DNA of 63,697 bases, filler included, from 3 parts of 3 records of this genome joined end to end with filler, not necessarily neighbours in it; one strand, 5' to 3'. Numbered from the whole stretch's first letter, positions 1 through 9,344 are shown. Numbers and translations are program-made. Notes: generated from the letters alone by a model not told the origin.

Positions 1-2
1 AT

Positions 3-1172
3 TTAGATTATGTAAATCCGCTTTCTGAAAGTGAAAAGCTCGAGGTTGGTTTACAAGCGATCTTGTTCAACACCGATATTGGTTACAGCAGCACCGGACA
101 ATCCTACAACGCAGAAGGCGATCTGGTTCCTACGCCTAACACGCTTTTTGACTACAGCAGAGATATCTATTCGGCATATGTGACCTACGGAAAAAACTAC
201 GATAAGTGGTCGTATCAAGCCGGGGTGCGTGCAGAGCAGGTGAACGTAGCTGCAGATACCAATAGCGTTCGCGCATTTACCAACGACTACTTTGAGTTGT
301 ATCCTTCGGCTTATATAACCTTTAATCCTTCGGAAAAAAATCAGTATCAGGTAAGTTATAGCCGCAGAATTGATCGCCCGGGCGTTGGGCAGGTCAATCC
401 TATTAGAGAATGGAGTTCACCATTAGTAACCGAATACGGAAACGTGAATTTACGTCCGCAATTTACTAATTCGCTAGAAGCCAATTATACACGTTCTCTG
501 GACAAGGGAAGCATCACCGCCGGTGTGTTTTACCGCATCATTGAAGATCAGATCAACCAGGCGGTTTATGTAGATCGCTTCAATCTGGACCGAATGGTTT
601 TGACCAACGATAATTTTGATTCAACCACTGCATATGGTTTTGAAGTAAGTGCCAATTATAAACCTACCGAATGGTGGAGCTTGAATGCAAGTTTTGATCT
701 GTTTAGCCAGACGCAGACCGGTATTTCTGAATCCTTAGATCCGGACATTGAGAATCCAACGGCAGCTGATATTATGCTTACGGAACGTGAGGTGACCAAT
801 TCTATATTTAACACTCGTATTATCAATAATTTTACGGCTACTCAGCGACTTACCTTTACCGCGTTTGCGATGTTTAGAGGTCCTGCGGAAAGTATTCAGT
901 TTAGAAACAAGTCGATGTTTATGACCAATGTAGGTGCGCGTTATAGCATTTTTGACGGCAAAGGGACCATCAGTTTAAACTACAATGACATTTTTAATAC
1001 GATGAAAGCGCGCTTCACGGCAGTGAGTCCGTATCGCGTAGAGGGTCAGTTCAACTGGGAAAGCAACACGGTATACGTAGGATTTAACTATCGTTTTGGA
1101 GATAGTAAGTTCAGAGCGAAGAAACGCAAAAACCGTGATGACAATGAAAAAGACGGCGGTGGATTATTTTAA
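3..1172 (+). CDS. TonB-dependent receptor / outer-membrane beta-barrel protein, 5'-truncated by the window edge
   Basis: Frame open from position 3 (LDYVNPLSE...). Amphipathic beta-strands, SYSRRIDRP and GNVNLRPQFT motifs, and a C-terminal GFNYRFG typical of Bacteroidota TonB-type barrels. Confidence 0.85.
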   Translation, partial: LDYVNPLSESEKLEVGLQAILFNTDIGYSSTGQSYNAEGDLVPTPNTLFDYSRDIYSAYVTYGKNYDKWSYQAGVRAEQVNVAADTNSVRAFTNDYFELYPSAYITFNPSEKNQYQVSYSRRIDRPGVGQVNPIREWSSPLVTEYGNVNLRPQFTNSLEANYTRSLDKGSITAGVFYRIIEDQINQAVYVDRFNLDRMVLTNDNFDSTTAYGFEVSANYKPTEWWSLNASFDLFSQTQTGISESLDPDIENPTAADIMLTEREVTNSIFNTRIINNFTATQRLTFTAFAMFRGPAESIQFRNKSMFMTNVGARYSIFDGKGTISLNYNDIFNTMKARFTAVSPYRVEGQFNWESNTVYVGFNYRFGDSKFRAKKRKNRDDNEKDGGGLF

Positions 1173-1311
1173 CATAATTTTAATTTTTTTATTATAATTG
1201 TAATAGAATTGAATATTTGGTAACATATAATCAATCAACCTATTAAAACATACGGTTATTGTTTATTAGAGTTAGCCTTCTACAGACGAATAACCAATTA
1301 ATGGGTAAAAA

Positions 1312-1339
1312 AAAACCCGGAGCGCCTGCTCCGGGTTTT
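1312..1339. terminator. Bidirectional intrinsic terminator
   Basis: AAAACCCGGAGC-GCCT-GCTCCGGGTTTT hairpin between convergent genes. Confidence 0.8.
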
Positions 1340-1362
1340 CAATTTTAAAAATAGATTGCTTT

Positions 1363-1755
1363 TTATATTTTCTCCAGCAAGTTTTCGGCTTCTATAGCGC
1401 CGTGGGAAGTGTGATAAGTAACCGTCCCATTTTTGATCAATAACAATTGCGGACTCTCGTGCTGTACGTTGAATTTTGTTGCAATTGCATTACTGATGTC
1501 GCGATGCGCTTTAAGATCCAGAAAATAAGGCTCTAGTTGCTTTTTGTCGTAATTATATGCTTTCTCAAAACTACGTAGAACCATTCTACTGATTCCGCAG
1601 GTGGTACTATGCTTAAAGATTAGCACCGGCACCGCATTAGAAATCTCTACAATTTCATCAAGCTGTTCCATACGCTCGAGTGGGATCCAGTTCATTTCCT
1701 TTATCTCTTCCTTCGCAATATCACGCTGACTTTTAAACATATCAAAAAGTCCCAT
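1363..1755 (-). CDS. ytxJ: Monothiol thioredoxin-like protein YtxJ (DUF2847 family)
   Basis: FKHSTTCGIS and VQHESPQ motifs. Confidence 0.85.
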   Translation of the reverse strand: MGLFDMFKSQRDIAKEEIKEMNWIPLERMEQLDEIVEISNAVPVLIFKHSTTCGISRMVLRSFEKAYNYDKKQLEPYFLDLKAHRDISNAIATKFNVQHESPQLLLIKNGTVTYHTSHGAIEAENLLEKI

Positions 1756-1915
1756 AGTCTTTTCTTTTTAAAGTTTGTTAACGCTTGTAATTCCTAAGCG
1801 GTTGTAAATTTAAGGAAACTAAACCGGCTATTGTATTAAGAATATCCAAAGCCTTTAACCGACAAAAAGACAGCTAATTCCGCACTACAACTGACTAAAC
1901 GTCGGTTTTAACAAA

Positions 1916-1930
1916 TGGTACAGCAATTGC
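1916..1930 (+). promoter_or_regulatory. Putative sigma54 -24/-12 promoter of clpB
   Basis: TGGTACAGCAATTGC has GG-N10-GC spacing and matches TGGCAC-N5-TTGC with one mismatch; lies 26 nt before the clpB ATG. Confidence 0.6.
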
Positions 1931-1956
1931 CATATCAATATCGAAATACAAACACG

Positions 1957-4560
1957 ATGAACTTTAATAATTTCACCATAAAATCACAAGAAGCCATACA
2001 GCAAGCCCAGGCGCTTGCTCAAGGGTATGGCCATCAGCAAATCGAGAATGAGCATATTTTTAAAGCCATTCTAGAAGTTGATGAGAACGTTACTCCGTTT
2101 CTGCTCCAGAAACTGGATGTGAAAGTAAATCTGTTAAAGCAGATTTTAGAGAGCACGCTTACCAGTTTTCCTAAAGTAAGCGGTGGCGATATTATGCTGT
2201 CTCGTGAAGCCGGTAAAACGGTAACCGAAGCTAGCAACATCGCCAATAAAATGAACGATGAGTATGTTTCGTTAGAGCATTTGATCCTGGCGATCTTTAA
2301 ATCGAGCAGCAAGATCGCACAGATCTTAAAAGATCAGGGCGTTACTGAAAAGCACCTCAAAGCCGCGATTGAAGAATTGCGCAAAGGCGATCGCGTAACT
2401 TCGCAAAGCGCTGAAGAAACCTATAATTCGTTAAGCAAATATGCCAAAAACCTTAATCAACTCGCCCGCGACGGGAAGTTGGACCCGGTGATTGGTCGTG
2501 ATGAAGAAATACGCAGAATTCTGCAAATTCTTTCTCGTAGAACTAAGAACAACCCGATTTTAGTCGGTGAACCCGGTACCGGTAAAACCGCGATCGCCGA
2601 AGGGCTCGCCCACCGAATCATCGACGGCGACGTGCCAGAAAACCTTCAAGAGAAACAGATCTGGGCGCTCGATATGGGAGCCTTGATCGCAGGCGCAAAA
2701 TATAAAGGGGAGTTTGAAGAGCGACTTAAAGCCGTGATCAAAGAAGTAACTACCAGTGCCGGTGATATCGTTCTGTTTATAGACGAGATCCATACCCTTG
2801 TAGGTGCCGGTGGTGGTCAGGGCGCGATGGATGCCGCAAATATTTTAAAGCCTGCTTTGGCTCGTGGCGAATTACGTGCTATTGGTGCCACCACGCTTGA
2901 TGAGTATCAAAAATACTTTGAGCAGGATAAAGCTTTAGAGCGCCGCTTTCAGAAAGTGAGTGTTTTTGAGCCGGATACCGAGTCTGCGATTTCCATCTTA
3001 CGTGGGATCAAAGAAAAGTATGAGACGCATCATAAAGTGCGTATCAAAGACAACGCGATCATTGCAGCGGTAGAGCTTTCGCAACGCTATATCACCAACC
3101 GCTTTTTACCCGATAAGGCGATCGACCTGATGGATGAGGCAGCTTCAAAAATGCGTATGGAGATCAACTCCAAGCCCGAAGAGCTTGATGTACTCGACCG
3201 TAAGATTATGCAACTCGAGATCGAGATCGAGGCCATCAAACGCGAGCAGGATGAGAACAAACTCAAGTCCTTACGCGCTGATCTTGCCAATCTTAAAGAA
3301 GAGCGCAACGAGATCAACGCCAAGTGGAAGAGCGAGAAAGATGTGGTAGATAACATCCAGAACGCCAAGCAGGATATTGAAAACTTTAAGCTGGAAGCCG
3401 AACGTGCCGAGCGCGAAGGCAATTATGGTCTGGTAGCCGAGTTACGCTACGGCAAGATCAAGCAAGCTCAGGAAGAGCTCGAGAAATTGCAGGAGCAACT
3501 GGCCGCACAAGCTGATAACAGCCTTATAAAAGAGGAAGTTACCAGTGAAGACATCGCCGAAGTGGTAGCTAAATGGACGGGAATCCCCGTGACCAAAATG
3601 CTGCAAAGCGAGCGCGAGAAATTGTTACACCTCGAGGGCGAACTGCACAAACGTGTGGTAGGCCAGGAAGAAGCGATCATCGCCGTGAGTGATGCGGTGC
3701 GCAGAAGCCGCGCCGGCCTGCAGGATCAAAAACGACCTATAGGTTCGTTTTTATTCCTCGGGACCACGGGTGTGGGTAAAACCGAACTCGCAAAAGCGCT
3801 GGCAGAATACCTGTTTGACGATGAGAACAACATCACCCGTATAGATATGAGTGAATACCAGGAGCGTCACAGCGTGAGCCGTCTGGTAGGCGCACCTCCG
3901 GGATATGTGGGTTATGATGAAGGCGGGCAGTTGACCGAAGCCGTACGTCGCAAGCCCTACAGTGTGATCTTGCTCGACGAGATCGAGAAAGCGCACCCAG
4001 ACACCTTTAATATCTTGTTACAGGTGCTTGACGAAGGTAGACTTACAGACAACAAAGGCCGCCTGGCAGACTTTAAGAACACCATCATCATTATGACCTC
4101 AAATATGGGAAGTCATATCATACAGGAAAAATTTGAAACCATCAAAGATCCTGAGACCGCGATGGAAGGTGCAAAAACCGAAGTGCTGGGGATGTTGAAA
4201 CAAACTATACGCCCTGAGTTTATAAACCGTATCGACGATATCGTGATGTTTACCCCGCTTACGCGAAAAGACATCGAGCAGGTCGTGAGTTTACAACTCA
4301 AAGGCGTGACCCGTATGCTGGCAAAACAAGGCATCACGCTAGATGCTACGGCCGAAGCAATCAAGTTTTTGGCAGACCGCGGTTTTCAACCGGAGTTTGG
4401 TGCACGTCCTGTAAAACGTACCATACAGAAAGAAGTGTTGAACAAACTGTCTAAAGAGATCTTAGGCGGCAAGGTCACCACAGACAGTATCATTTTACTC
4501 GATGCGTTTGATGACGAACTCGTGTTTCGCAATCAGAGCGATCTGGTAGAGAACGACTGA
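1957..4560 (+). CDS. clpB: ATP-dependent chaperone ClpB
   Basis: Clp-N repeats, two AAA+ modules ([16 protein letters not shown]), coiled-coil middle domain and GAPPGYVGY. Start placed at the ATG at 1957 (MNFNNFT). Confidence 0.97.
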   Translation: MNFNNFTIKSQEAIQQAQALAQGYGHQQIENEHIFKAILEVDENVTPFLLQKLDVKVNLLKQILESTLTSFPKVSGGDIMLSREAGKTVTEASNIANKMNDEYVSLEHLILAIFKSSSKIAQILKDQGVTEKHLKAAIEELRKGDRVTSQSAEETYNSLSKYAKNLNQLARDGKLDPVIGRDEEIRRILQILSRRTKNNPILVGEPGTGKTAIAEGLAHRIIDGDVPENLQEKQIWALDMGALIAGAKYKGEFEERLKAVIKEVTTSAGDIVLFIDEIHTLVGAGGGQGAMDAANILKPALARGELRAIGATTLDEYQKYFEQDKALERRFQKVSVFEPDTESAISILRGIKEKYETHHKVRIKDNAIIAAVELSQRYITNRFLPDKAIDLMDEAASKMRMEINSKPEELDVLDRKIMQLEIEIEAIKREQDENKLKSLRADLANLKEERNEINAKWKSEKDVVDNIQNAKQDIENFKLEAERAEREGNYGLVAELRYGKIKQAQEELEKLQEQLAAQADNSLIKEEVTSEDIAEVVAKWTGIPVTKMLQSEREKLLHLEGELHKRVVGQEEAIIAVSDAVRRSRAGLQDQKRPIGSFLFLGTTGVGKTELAKALAEYLFDDENNITRIDMSEYQERHSVSRLVGAPPGYVGYDEGGQLTEAVRRKPYSVILLDEIEKAHPDTFNILLQVLDEGRLTDNKGRLADFKNTIIIMTSNMGSHIIQEKFETIKDPETAMEGAKTEVLGMLKQTIRPEFINRIDDIVMFTPLTRKDIEQVVSLQLKGVTRMLAKQGITLDATAEAIKFLADRGFQPEFGARPVKRTIQKEVLNKLSKEILGGKVTTDSIILLDAFDDELVFRNQSDLVEND

Positions 4561-4581
4561 AGAGCATTGCTCGTATAAACC

Positions 4582-4613
4582 AAAAGCGACATCGTATTGA
4601 TGTCGCTTTTTTT
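4582..4613 (+). terminator. Intrinsic terminator of clpB
   Basis: AAAAGCGACATC-GTATT-GATGTCGCTTTT followed by more T residues. Confidence 0.85.
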
Positions 4614-4789
4614 ATTTTTTATGCAGAAGCGAAAATGAGCACAATTAGTTAATAAATTATTAATAACAATATTGATTTTATGGTAGTTGTGGGTTTTTAA
4701 TTGGATAGTTTTATAAATGTCATAGTATAAACAATAGCGTTTAAAATAAATTGACACATTATAGACTTTCATTTCTAAATCTAATTATT

Positions 4790-5326
4790 ATGGCAAAATT
4801 AAAACGAAATTTCTTTGTGAGTTATCATCACGAAAATGATCAAAAATACGTAAAGGCTTTGCGGAAGTTTAAGAAGGGTATGGAAGTCGCTGATTATTCT
4901 TTAAAGAAAGATATATCAGAATATAAAGATGATGAGATATATAAGATTATAAGGAACAAGATGCGAGCCTGTTCTGTAACTATTGTACTTATTGGAGAAC
5001 GAACAGGACATAGAAAATGGATCGATTGGGAGTTATGGGCATCATTAAGAGCATATAAAAATACCAGAAACTTTAAAAGGTCATTTAGACCCAAAGGGCT
5101 GCTAGCAATTTATTTACCAACAGCAAGTCACTCTGTACCTGAGAGGCTACAAGCCAACATAGATTCTGGGTATGCAGTATCAATGAGATGGAAAAATATT
5201 GAACGTGATTTTGAAAGCAAAATTAATTATGCAATATGGAAAAGAGACCACGCTAGTCACGAGATAAAAAATAATTTAGAACGCTTCGATAGAAATGCGA
5301 TAAATTTTCTTGGGTTTAAAATATAG
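4790..5326 (+). CDS. ThsB-like TIR-domain protein (MTH538/DUF1863 type)
   Basis: RNFFVSYHHEND ... CSVTIVLIGERTGHRKWIDWEL, with the catalytic-type Glu. ATG at 4790 preferred over TTG at 4751. Confidence 0.85.
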   Translation: MAKLKRNFFVSYHHENDQKYVKALRKFKKGMEVADYSLKKDISEYKDDEIYKIIRNKMRACSVTIVLIGERTGHRKWIDWELWASLRAYKNTRNFKRSFRPKGLLAIYLPTASHSVPERLQANIDSGYAVSMRWKNIERDFESKINYAIWKRDHASHEIKNNLERFDRNAINFLGFKI

Positions 5327-5328
5327 AT

Positions 5329-5877
5329 ATGGCAGGAATTAATAGAGCTCATTCATTAAATGAGAGTAAGGCAAGAATTAATTTATCACTAGGTAAAGAA
5401 TGTGTTTTTATAAGTCATCATAAAAGTGATTTAGATGACTGTATAAAGATAGCAGAGTATCTAATGAGGGCTAACATAGATGTTTATTTAGATGAATATG
5501 ATTATGATTTAAAGGAACAGGTACAGAGACAAAACCCTAAGGGTGTTGTTAAATGTATAAGCAAGGGAATAAATAATAGTACTCATATGTTATGTGTATT
5601 ATCAAGCCAAACTATTTATAGTAAATGGGTGCCTTGGGAATTAGGCTATGGTTATGATAAAACAGATTTAGGAGCAATAACTTTAAAAGGTATAGCTGAA
5701 GCATCTCTTCCGGATTACCTAAAGACAGTTAGACTCGTTAGAGGGACTCAATCTCTAAATCAATATATATCGGATGTTTTAGGATACAGCAAGGACTATC
5801 TTAAAATGTATAACAGAATTGATGAGCATTCAAAGCCATCGCATTTTTTGGATAACGTGTTAGATTGGAAACTTTAA
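5329..5877 (+). CDS. TIR-domain protein (TIR_2-like)
   Basis: CVFISHHKSD ... DVYLDEYD ... STHMLCVLSSQTIYSKWVPWELGYG, with the catalytic-type Glu. Confidence 0.85.
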   Translation: MAGINRAHSLNESKARINLSLGKECVFISHHKSDLDDCIKIAEYLMRANIDVYLDEYDYDLKEQVQRQNPKGVVKCISKGINNSTHMLCVLSSQTIYSKWVPWELGYGYDKTDLGAITLKGIAEASLPDYLKTVRLVRGTQSLNQYISDVLGYSKDYLKMYNRIDEHSKPSHFLDNVLDWKL

Positions 5878-5890
5878 ATTAATAAAAATT

Positions 5891-6676
5891 ATGAGTAAAG
5901 AATATTTAATATCAAAATTGTCTTTCAGAAATGATGAGCAATTAATAGACTCTGTAAAGATTGGATTGGTTTCTGGAAATTCTGTTGGGTCATTTGAAAC
6001 AAAGGATAGAAACTGGTTAGTTGATCAGTATAATAGTGGTCATACAATTGGAGGTATATACAAAAAACTTGATGGCACATGGTACAGAAAAGATAGTTTT
6101 AGAGTTGAGGACGGTTACTTTAAATGGGGCTATCTATTCCCTAAAAATATTTCGAAAAGGAATGTTTTTATAAGTTATTACCACAACGACGATCAATTGA
6201 AAAGAAAGCAATTCGATAATCTTTTTGGTGATTTGATTATAAATCAATCAGTAATGTTAGATGAAATTAATGGTGAGAATAGTGACGATTATATTCATAG
6301 GTTAATCAATGAGGGTTATATGAAAGACACTACGGTTCTTACAGTTTTATTGGGACCCAATACTAAGTGTAGAAAACACGTAGACTGGGAAATTGGCGGG
6401 GCTCTTAATGTGAAAGTTGGTGACAGATATGCGGGACTTTTAGGCATAAGGCTTCCATCTCACCCAGATTATGGTTTAGGCACAGATTTCAATCCAGATT
6501 ATTATCCAATAAGATTCGCAGCCAATTTAGAAAGTGGATACGCTGTTCTCGCTGATTGGTCTGAAGATAGAAAAGCTATGCAAGATTTGATCGAACTAGC
6601 ATTTTCAAGACGAAAAGAAATTGATAAAATTAAAAATGCTAGTATTCAAAGACTAGCAGAAAACTCTTGCGAATGA
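5891..6676 (+). CDS. Extra N-terminal domain (DUF3892-like?) fused to a ThsB-like TIR
   Basis: About 85-aa beta-rich N-terminus, then RNVFISYYHNDD ... TTVLTVLLGPNTKCRKHVDWEI; paralogous to 4790-5326. Confidence 0.8.
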   Translation: MSKEYLISKLSFRNDEQLIDSVKIGLVSGNSVGSFETKDRNWLVDQYNSGHTIGGIYKKLDGTWYRKDSFRVEDGYFKWGYLFPKNISKRNVFISYYHNDDQLKRKQFDNLFGDLIINQSVMLDEINGENSDDYIHRLINEGYMKDTTVLTVLLGPNTKCRKHVDWEIGGALNVKVGDRYAGLLGIRLPSHPDYGLGTDFNPDYYPIRFAANLESGYAVLADWSEDRKAMQDLIELAFSRRKEIDKIKNASIQRLAENSCE

Positions 6677-7851
6677 AAAATTTTAAAAGCCCATTATCGA
6701 TATATGTCTTATGGCATCCCGAGTTCAAAGAAGGTACAAGTTATGCTGAAAGTATTTACAATACTTTTAGTGGTGTAAACGGTAATGTAACTCATGCGAA
6801 ATATGATATACCTGTACATTACAGAACACTACCTTTTAAAAATGAAATATTTGCCAAAATACCATTTTCTGAGTCTAAAAGGAATGCTTTAGTTATTTTG
6901 ATAGATGAATATATGTTTAATGATTTTAATTGGACTCAGGCTATAGATGACCTTTTAAAATCAAAGCCATCAAATGCTCGTATTTATCCTGTTTCTTTTA
7001 GCAATTATGCCTTTGATTTAAACCCTGAACATTTAACACCAACTCAATTTATAAGGACTAATCAAAAAGATCCCATTACCGGTAATGAAATAGAAGTTAA
7101 TGATAGAATTATCAAATATAGATTGTTAGAAAGTATTGCTAAGCTTTTATTTAATGTAAAGGATAATTATGATTCTCAAAAAGATAGCGACCCTCCAATA
7201 AGGCTTTTTATCTCCCACGCTAAACAGGATGGAGAAGTTTTAGCTATGAATTTTAGAGATTATATATACAGTAAAACAAAACTGAAGGCATTTTTTGATG
7301 CCAACGATATAGCAGATGGTCATCAGTTTGAGCGGGAAATCAAAAAACATATAGATCATTCAGCATTTGTATTATTTAATACGGATGAATATGCAAATAG
7401 AGAATGGTGTAGAAAAGAAATTATTATTGCTAAGAGGTATAGATGTCCCATCATTGGCGTTATGGATATAAAAAAAGGAGAACAACGAAGTTTTCCCTAT
7501 AGTGGTAATTTCCCTACAATAATCTGGAACGATAATTTTGAGGAAATTATTAATTTGATTTTATCCCAAATCATAAGTGATAAATACAATGAACTTTATT
7601 TAAAATCTATAGTTCAAATGTACGAACTAGAGAACCGTTATTGTTGTTTAGTACTTCCAAAGGCTCCTGAATTATTCAATTATATTGATATAGAAAATTT
7701 TAAAAACGAGGAGAAGGATATGAATTCCCTTATAGTATTATATCCGGATCCTCCTATAGGAATTGAAGAAGTTAGTTTACTAAATGACGTAGACAGGGAA
7801 ATCAAATTTATAACCCCTTTATTATTGCCAACATACATTTCAGAACTATGA
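6673..7851 (+). CDS. Multidomain TIR protein: degenerate TIR-like N-terminal domain, intact TIR, and C-terminal YPDPP domain
   Basis: N-terminal LSIYVLWHP; central RLFISHAKQDG ... FFDANDIADG ... YANREWCRKEI; C-terminal LIVLYPDPPIGIEE. ATGA overlap with the upstream gene. Confidence 0.8.
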   Translation: MKNFKSPLSIYVLWHPEFKEGTSYAESIYNTFSGVNGNVTHAKYDIPVHYRTLPFKNEIFAKIPFSESKRNALVILIDEYMFNDFNWTQAIDDLLKSKPSNARIYPVSFSNYAFDLNPEHLTPTQFIRTNQKDPITGNEIEVNDRIIKYRLLESIAKLLFNVKDNYDSQKDSDPPIRLFISHAKQDGEVLAMNFRDYIYSKTKLKAFFDANDIADGHQFEREIKKHIDHSAFVLFNTDEYANREWCRKEIIIAKRYRCPIIGVMDIKKGEQRSFPYSGNFPTIIWNDNFEEIINLILSQIISDKYNELYLKSIVQMYELENRYCCLVLPKAPELFNYIDIENFKNEEKDMNSLIVLYPDPPIGIEEVSLLNDVDREIKFITPLLLPTYISEL

Positions 7852-8807
7852 AAAAGGAAAATATAGTAACTAATAAAGATTTAGATAAGTTCGTAGCTGA
7901 AGAAATAAAAGAGAACTCTAATCAAAAAGAAATTAATCTATTAAAAGGTCGAAATATTGCCGTCTCCATTAGTGAAAGTCCTGATATAGAAAATTTAGGT
8001 TTTTCATTAGAACATCAAAAAAATCTAATAACAGAAATAACTAGATTTTTGATAATTCACGGGAGTACCTTGGTTTATGGAGGTGATTTACGGCAAAACG
8101 GATTTACAAGGTTATTTTCAACTCTTGTTCATCAATACAGGCCTAGTAAAGAAATTAATAAGAAGTTTTTTAAAAATTATTTTAGTTTTCCAATTCATTT
8201 AAAACTTTCAAGAACTGATGTCTTAGAATTTAAAAAGAATGGTGTTTTGCCAGTTTTAGTTGACCCACCTGAAGACTTAGAAATAGATGAAGATAAATTT
8301 TACGACCCTGTAGGAAATGACAATCTCTTTATTTGGTCAAAAAGCCTTTCTAAGATGAGACACGAGATGCAAAGTAACACAGACGCTCGAATTTTTACTG
8401 GTGGAAGTATTTCCAATTTTAAAGGTAAATATCCCGGTTTATTAGAGGAGTCTTTACTTGCTCTAGAAAGCAATATACCAGTCTATTTTACGGGAATATT
8501 TGGGGGTATAACAATGAAAATAATTGAAGGTCTAGAAGGGAAAAAACCTCAGGAATTAACACTTGAATGGCAATCATCTCAAAATAAAAAATATGAAGAA
8601 TTTGTAAGTTATTATAATTCAAAACAGAGTACAGATCAGATTGATTATGAGCAATGCACTCAATTCTTAAACGCATTTACCTTAGAGCGTTTGAGTCAAA
8701 ATAATGGATTGACAATTGATGAAAATGTAAGACTTTTTAATTCTATACATACGTCGGAAATAATCTTTTTAATTATGAAAGGTCTTCAAAATAAACTATC
8801 AGAATAA
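7848..8807 (+). CDS. Stand-alone SLOG-superfamily protein (SLOG cluster2-like; ThcA-like)
   Basis: IAVSISESPD, LVYGGDLR, SLSKMRHEM, DARIFTGG ... PGLLEE ... PVYFTGIFGG. ATGA overlap with the TIR gene. Confidence 0.8.
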   Translation: MKKENIVTNKDLDKFVAEEIKENSNQKEINLLKGRNIAVSISESPDIENLGFSLEHQKNLITEITRFLIIHGSTLVYGGDLRQNGFTRLFSTLVHQYRPSKEINKKFFKNYFSFPIHLKLSRTDVLEFKKNGVLPVLVDPPEDLEIDEDKFYDPVGNDNLFIWSKSLSKMRHEMQSNTDARIFTGGSISNFKGKYPGLLEESLLALESNIPVYFTGIFGGITMKIIEGLEGKKPQELTLEWQSSQNKKYEEFVSYYNSKQSTDQIDYEQCTQFLNAFTLERLSQNNGLTIDENVRLFNSIHTSEIIFLIMKGLQNKLSE

Positions 8808-9005
8808 TATGATCAAATAGAATATTTATAGTGCTGTTTATCCCAATGCATATAGTGCTGTATCACCCGGTAAAATCAAGTCTTAATTTTCATTACACCT
8901 ACCCCAAAAAACCCACCACCTTCAGGGTCATTTCCTGTAAAAAATAAGAGCGATTTCCTTTTTAAAAAGGGTCAACCGCTCTGATAATGTGACGTATAGC
9001 CTGGC

Positions 9006-9013
9006 TAAGTTTG
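9006..9013 (+). promoter_or_regulatory. Bacteroidota sigmaA -7 element
   Basis: TAAGTTTG (TAnnTTTG) about 30 nt before the ATG at 9043. Confidence 0.55.
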
Positions 9014-9042
9014 TATTAAACGAATCCAAAAAAACTTAAGTT

Positions 9043-9297
9043 ATGCCACATTATGCACAAGGAACTTCAGGATGGACTAAATTAAACGGCTATCAGGCGC
9101 TTTGGGATCCTAAGATCGATCTGGGTAAATTCTATTTTACCACCTTTCAAGGGAAACGCGAAGAAACGCCGTATATGACCGCAGAAAATTTTGCCCGCGT
9201 CATCGACATTCTTAGAAATGAAACGCCGGTTTATGGTAACGCCAGCACCGGCTCGGTCACCACTCAAGCCGAAGAAGTGGGGGAAGAAGAAAGTTAG
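9043..9297 (+). CDS. Small hypothetical protein (84 aa)
   Basis: ATG with an A-rich upstream region, its own promoter element and terminator; C-terminal IDILRNETPVY...EEVGEEES. Confidence 0.7.
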   Translation: MPHYAQGTSGWTKLNGYQALWDPKIDLGKFYFTTFQGKREETPYMTAENFARVIDILRNETPVYGNASTGSVTTQAEEVGEEES

Positions 9298-9344
9298 TCT
9301 TCATAGAATATATAGAGAATTGCTAACAACCAACCAAAACGCAG

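Larger units (their letters stand above)
4620..8820. other. AT-rich accessory (defence) island carrying a TIR x4 + SLOG operon
   Basis: Abrupt GC drop after the clpB terminator (spot count 7861-7920: 15/60 G+C). Five co-oriented, tightly spaced genes; no integrase seen. Confidence 0.75.

Noticed and set aside
2034-4772. Short antisense and alternate-frame ORFs in and after clpB (and similar ones inside other long genes)
   Set aside because: Shadow ORFs with no independent start signals or motifs.
7840-7860. Programmed frameshift fusing TIR and SLOG
   Set aside because: The A-rich run (AAAAAG) lies after the TIR stop codon; the ATGA overlap is explained by translational coupling.
4790-8807. 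Calling the locus canonical Thoeris I/II, CBASS or Pycsar
   Set aside because: No SIR2, Macro/TM, CD-NTase or cyclase motifs seen in any gene.
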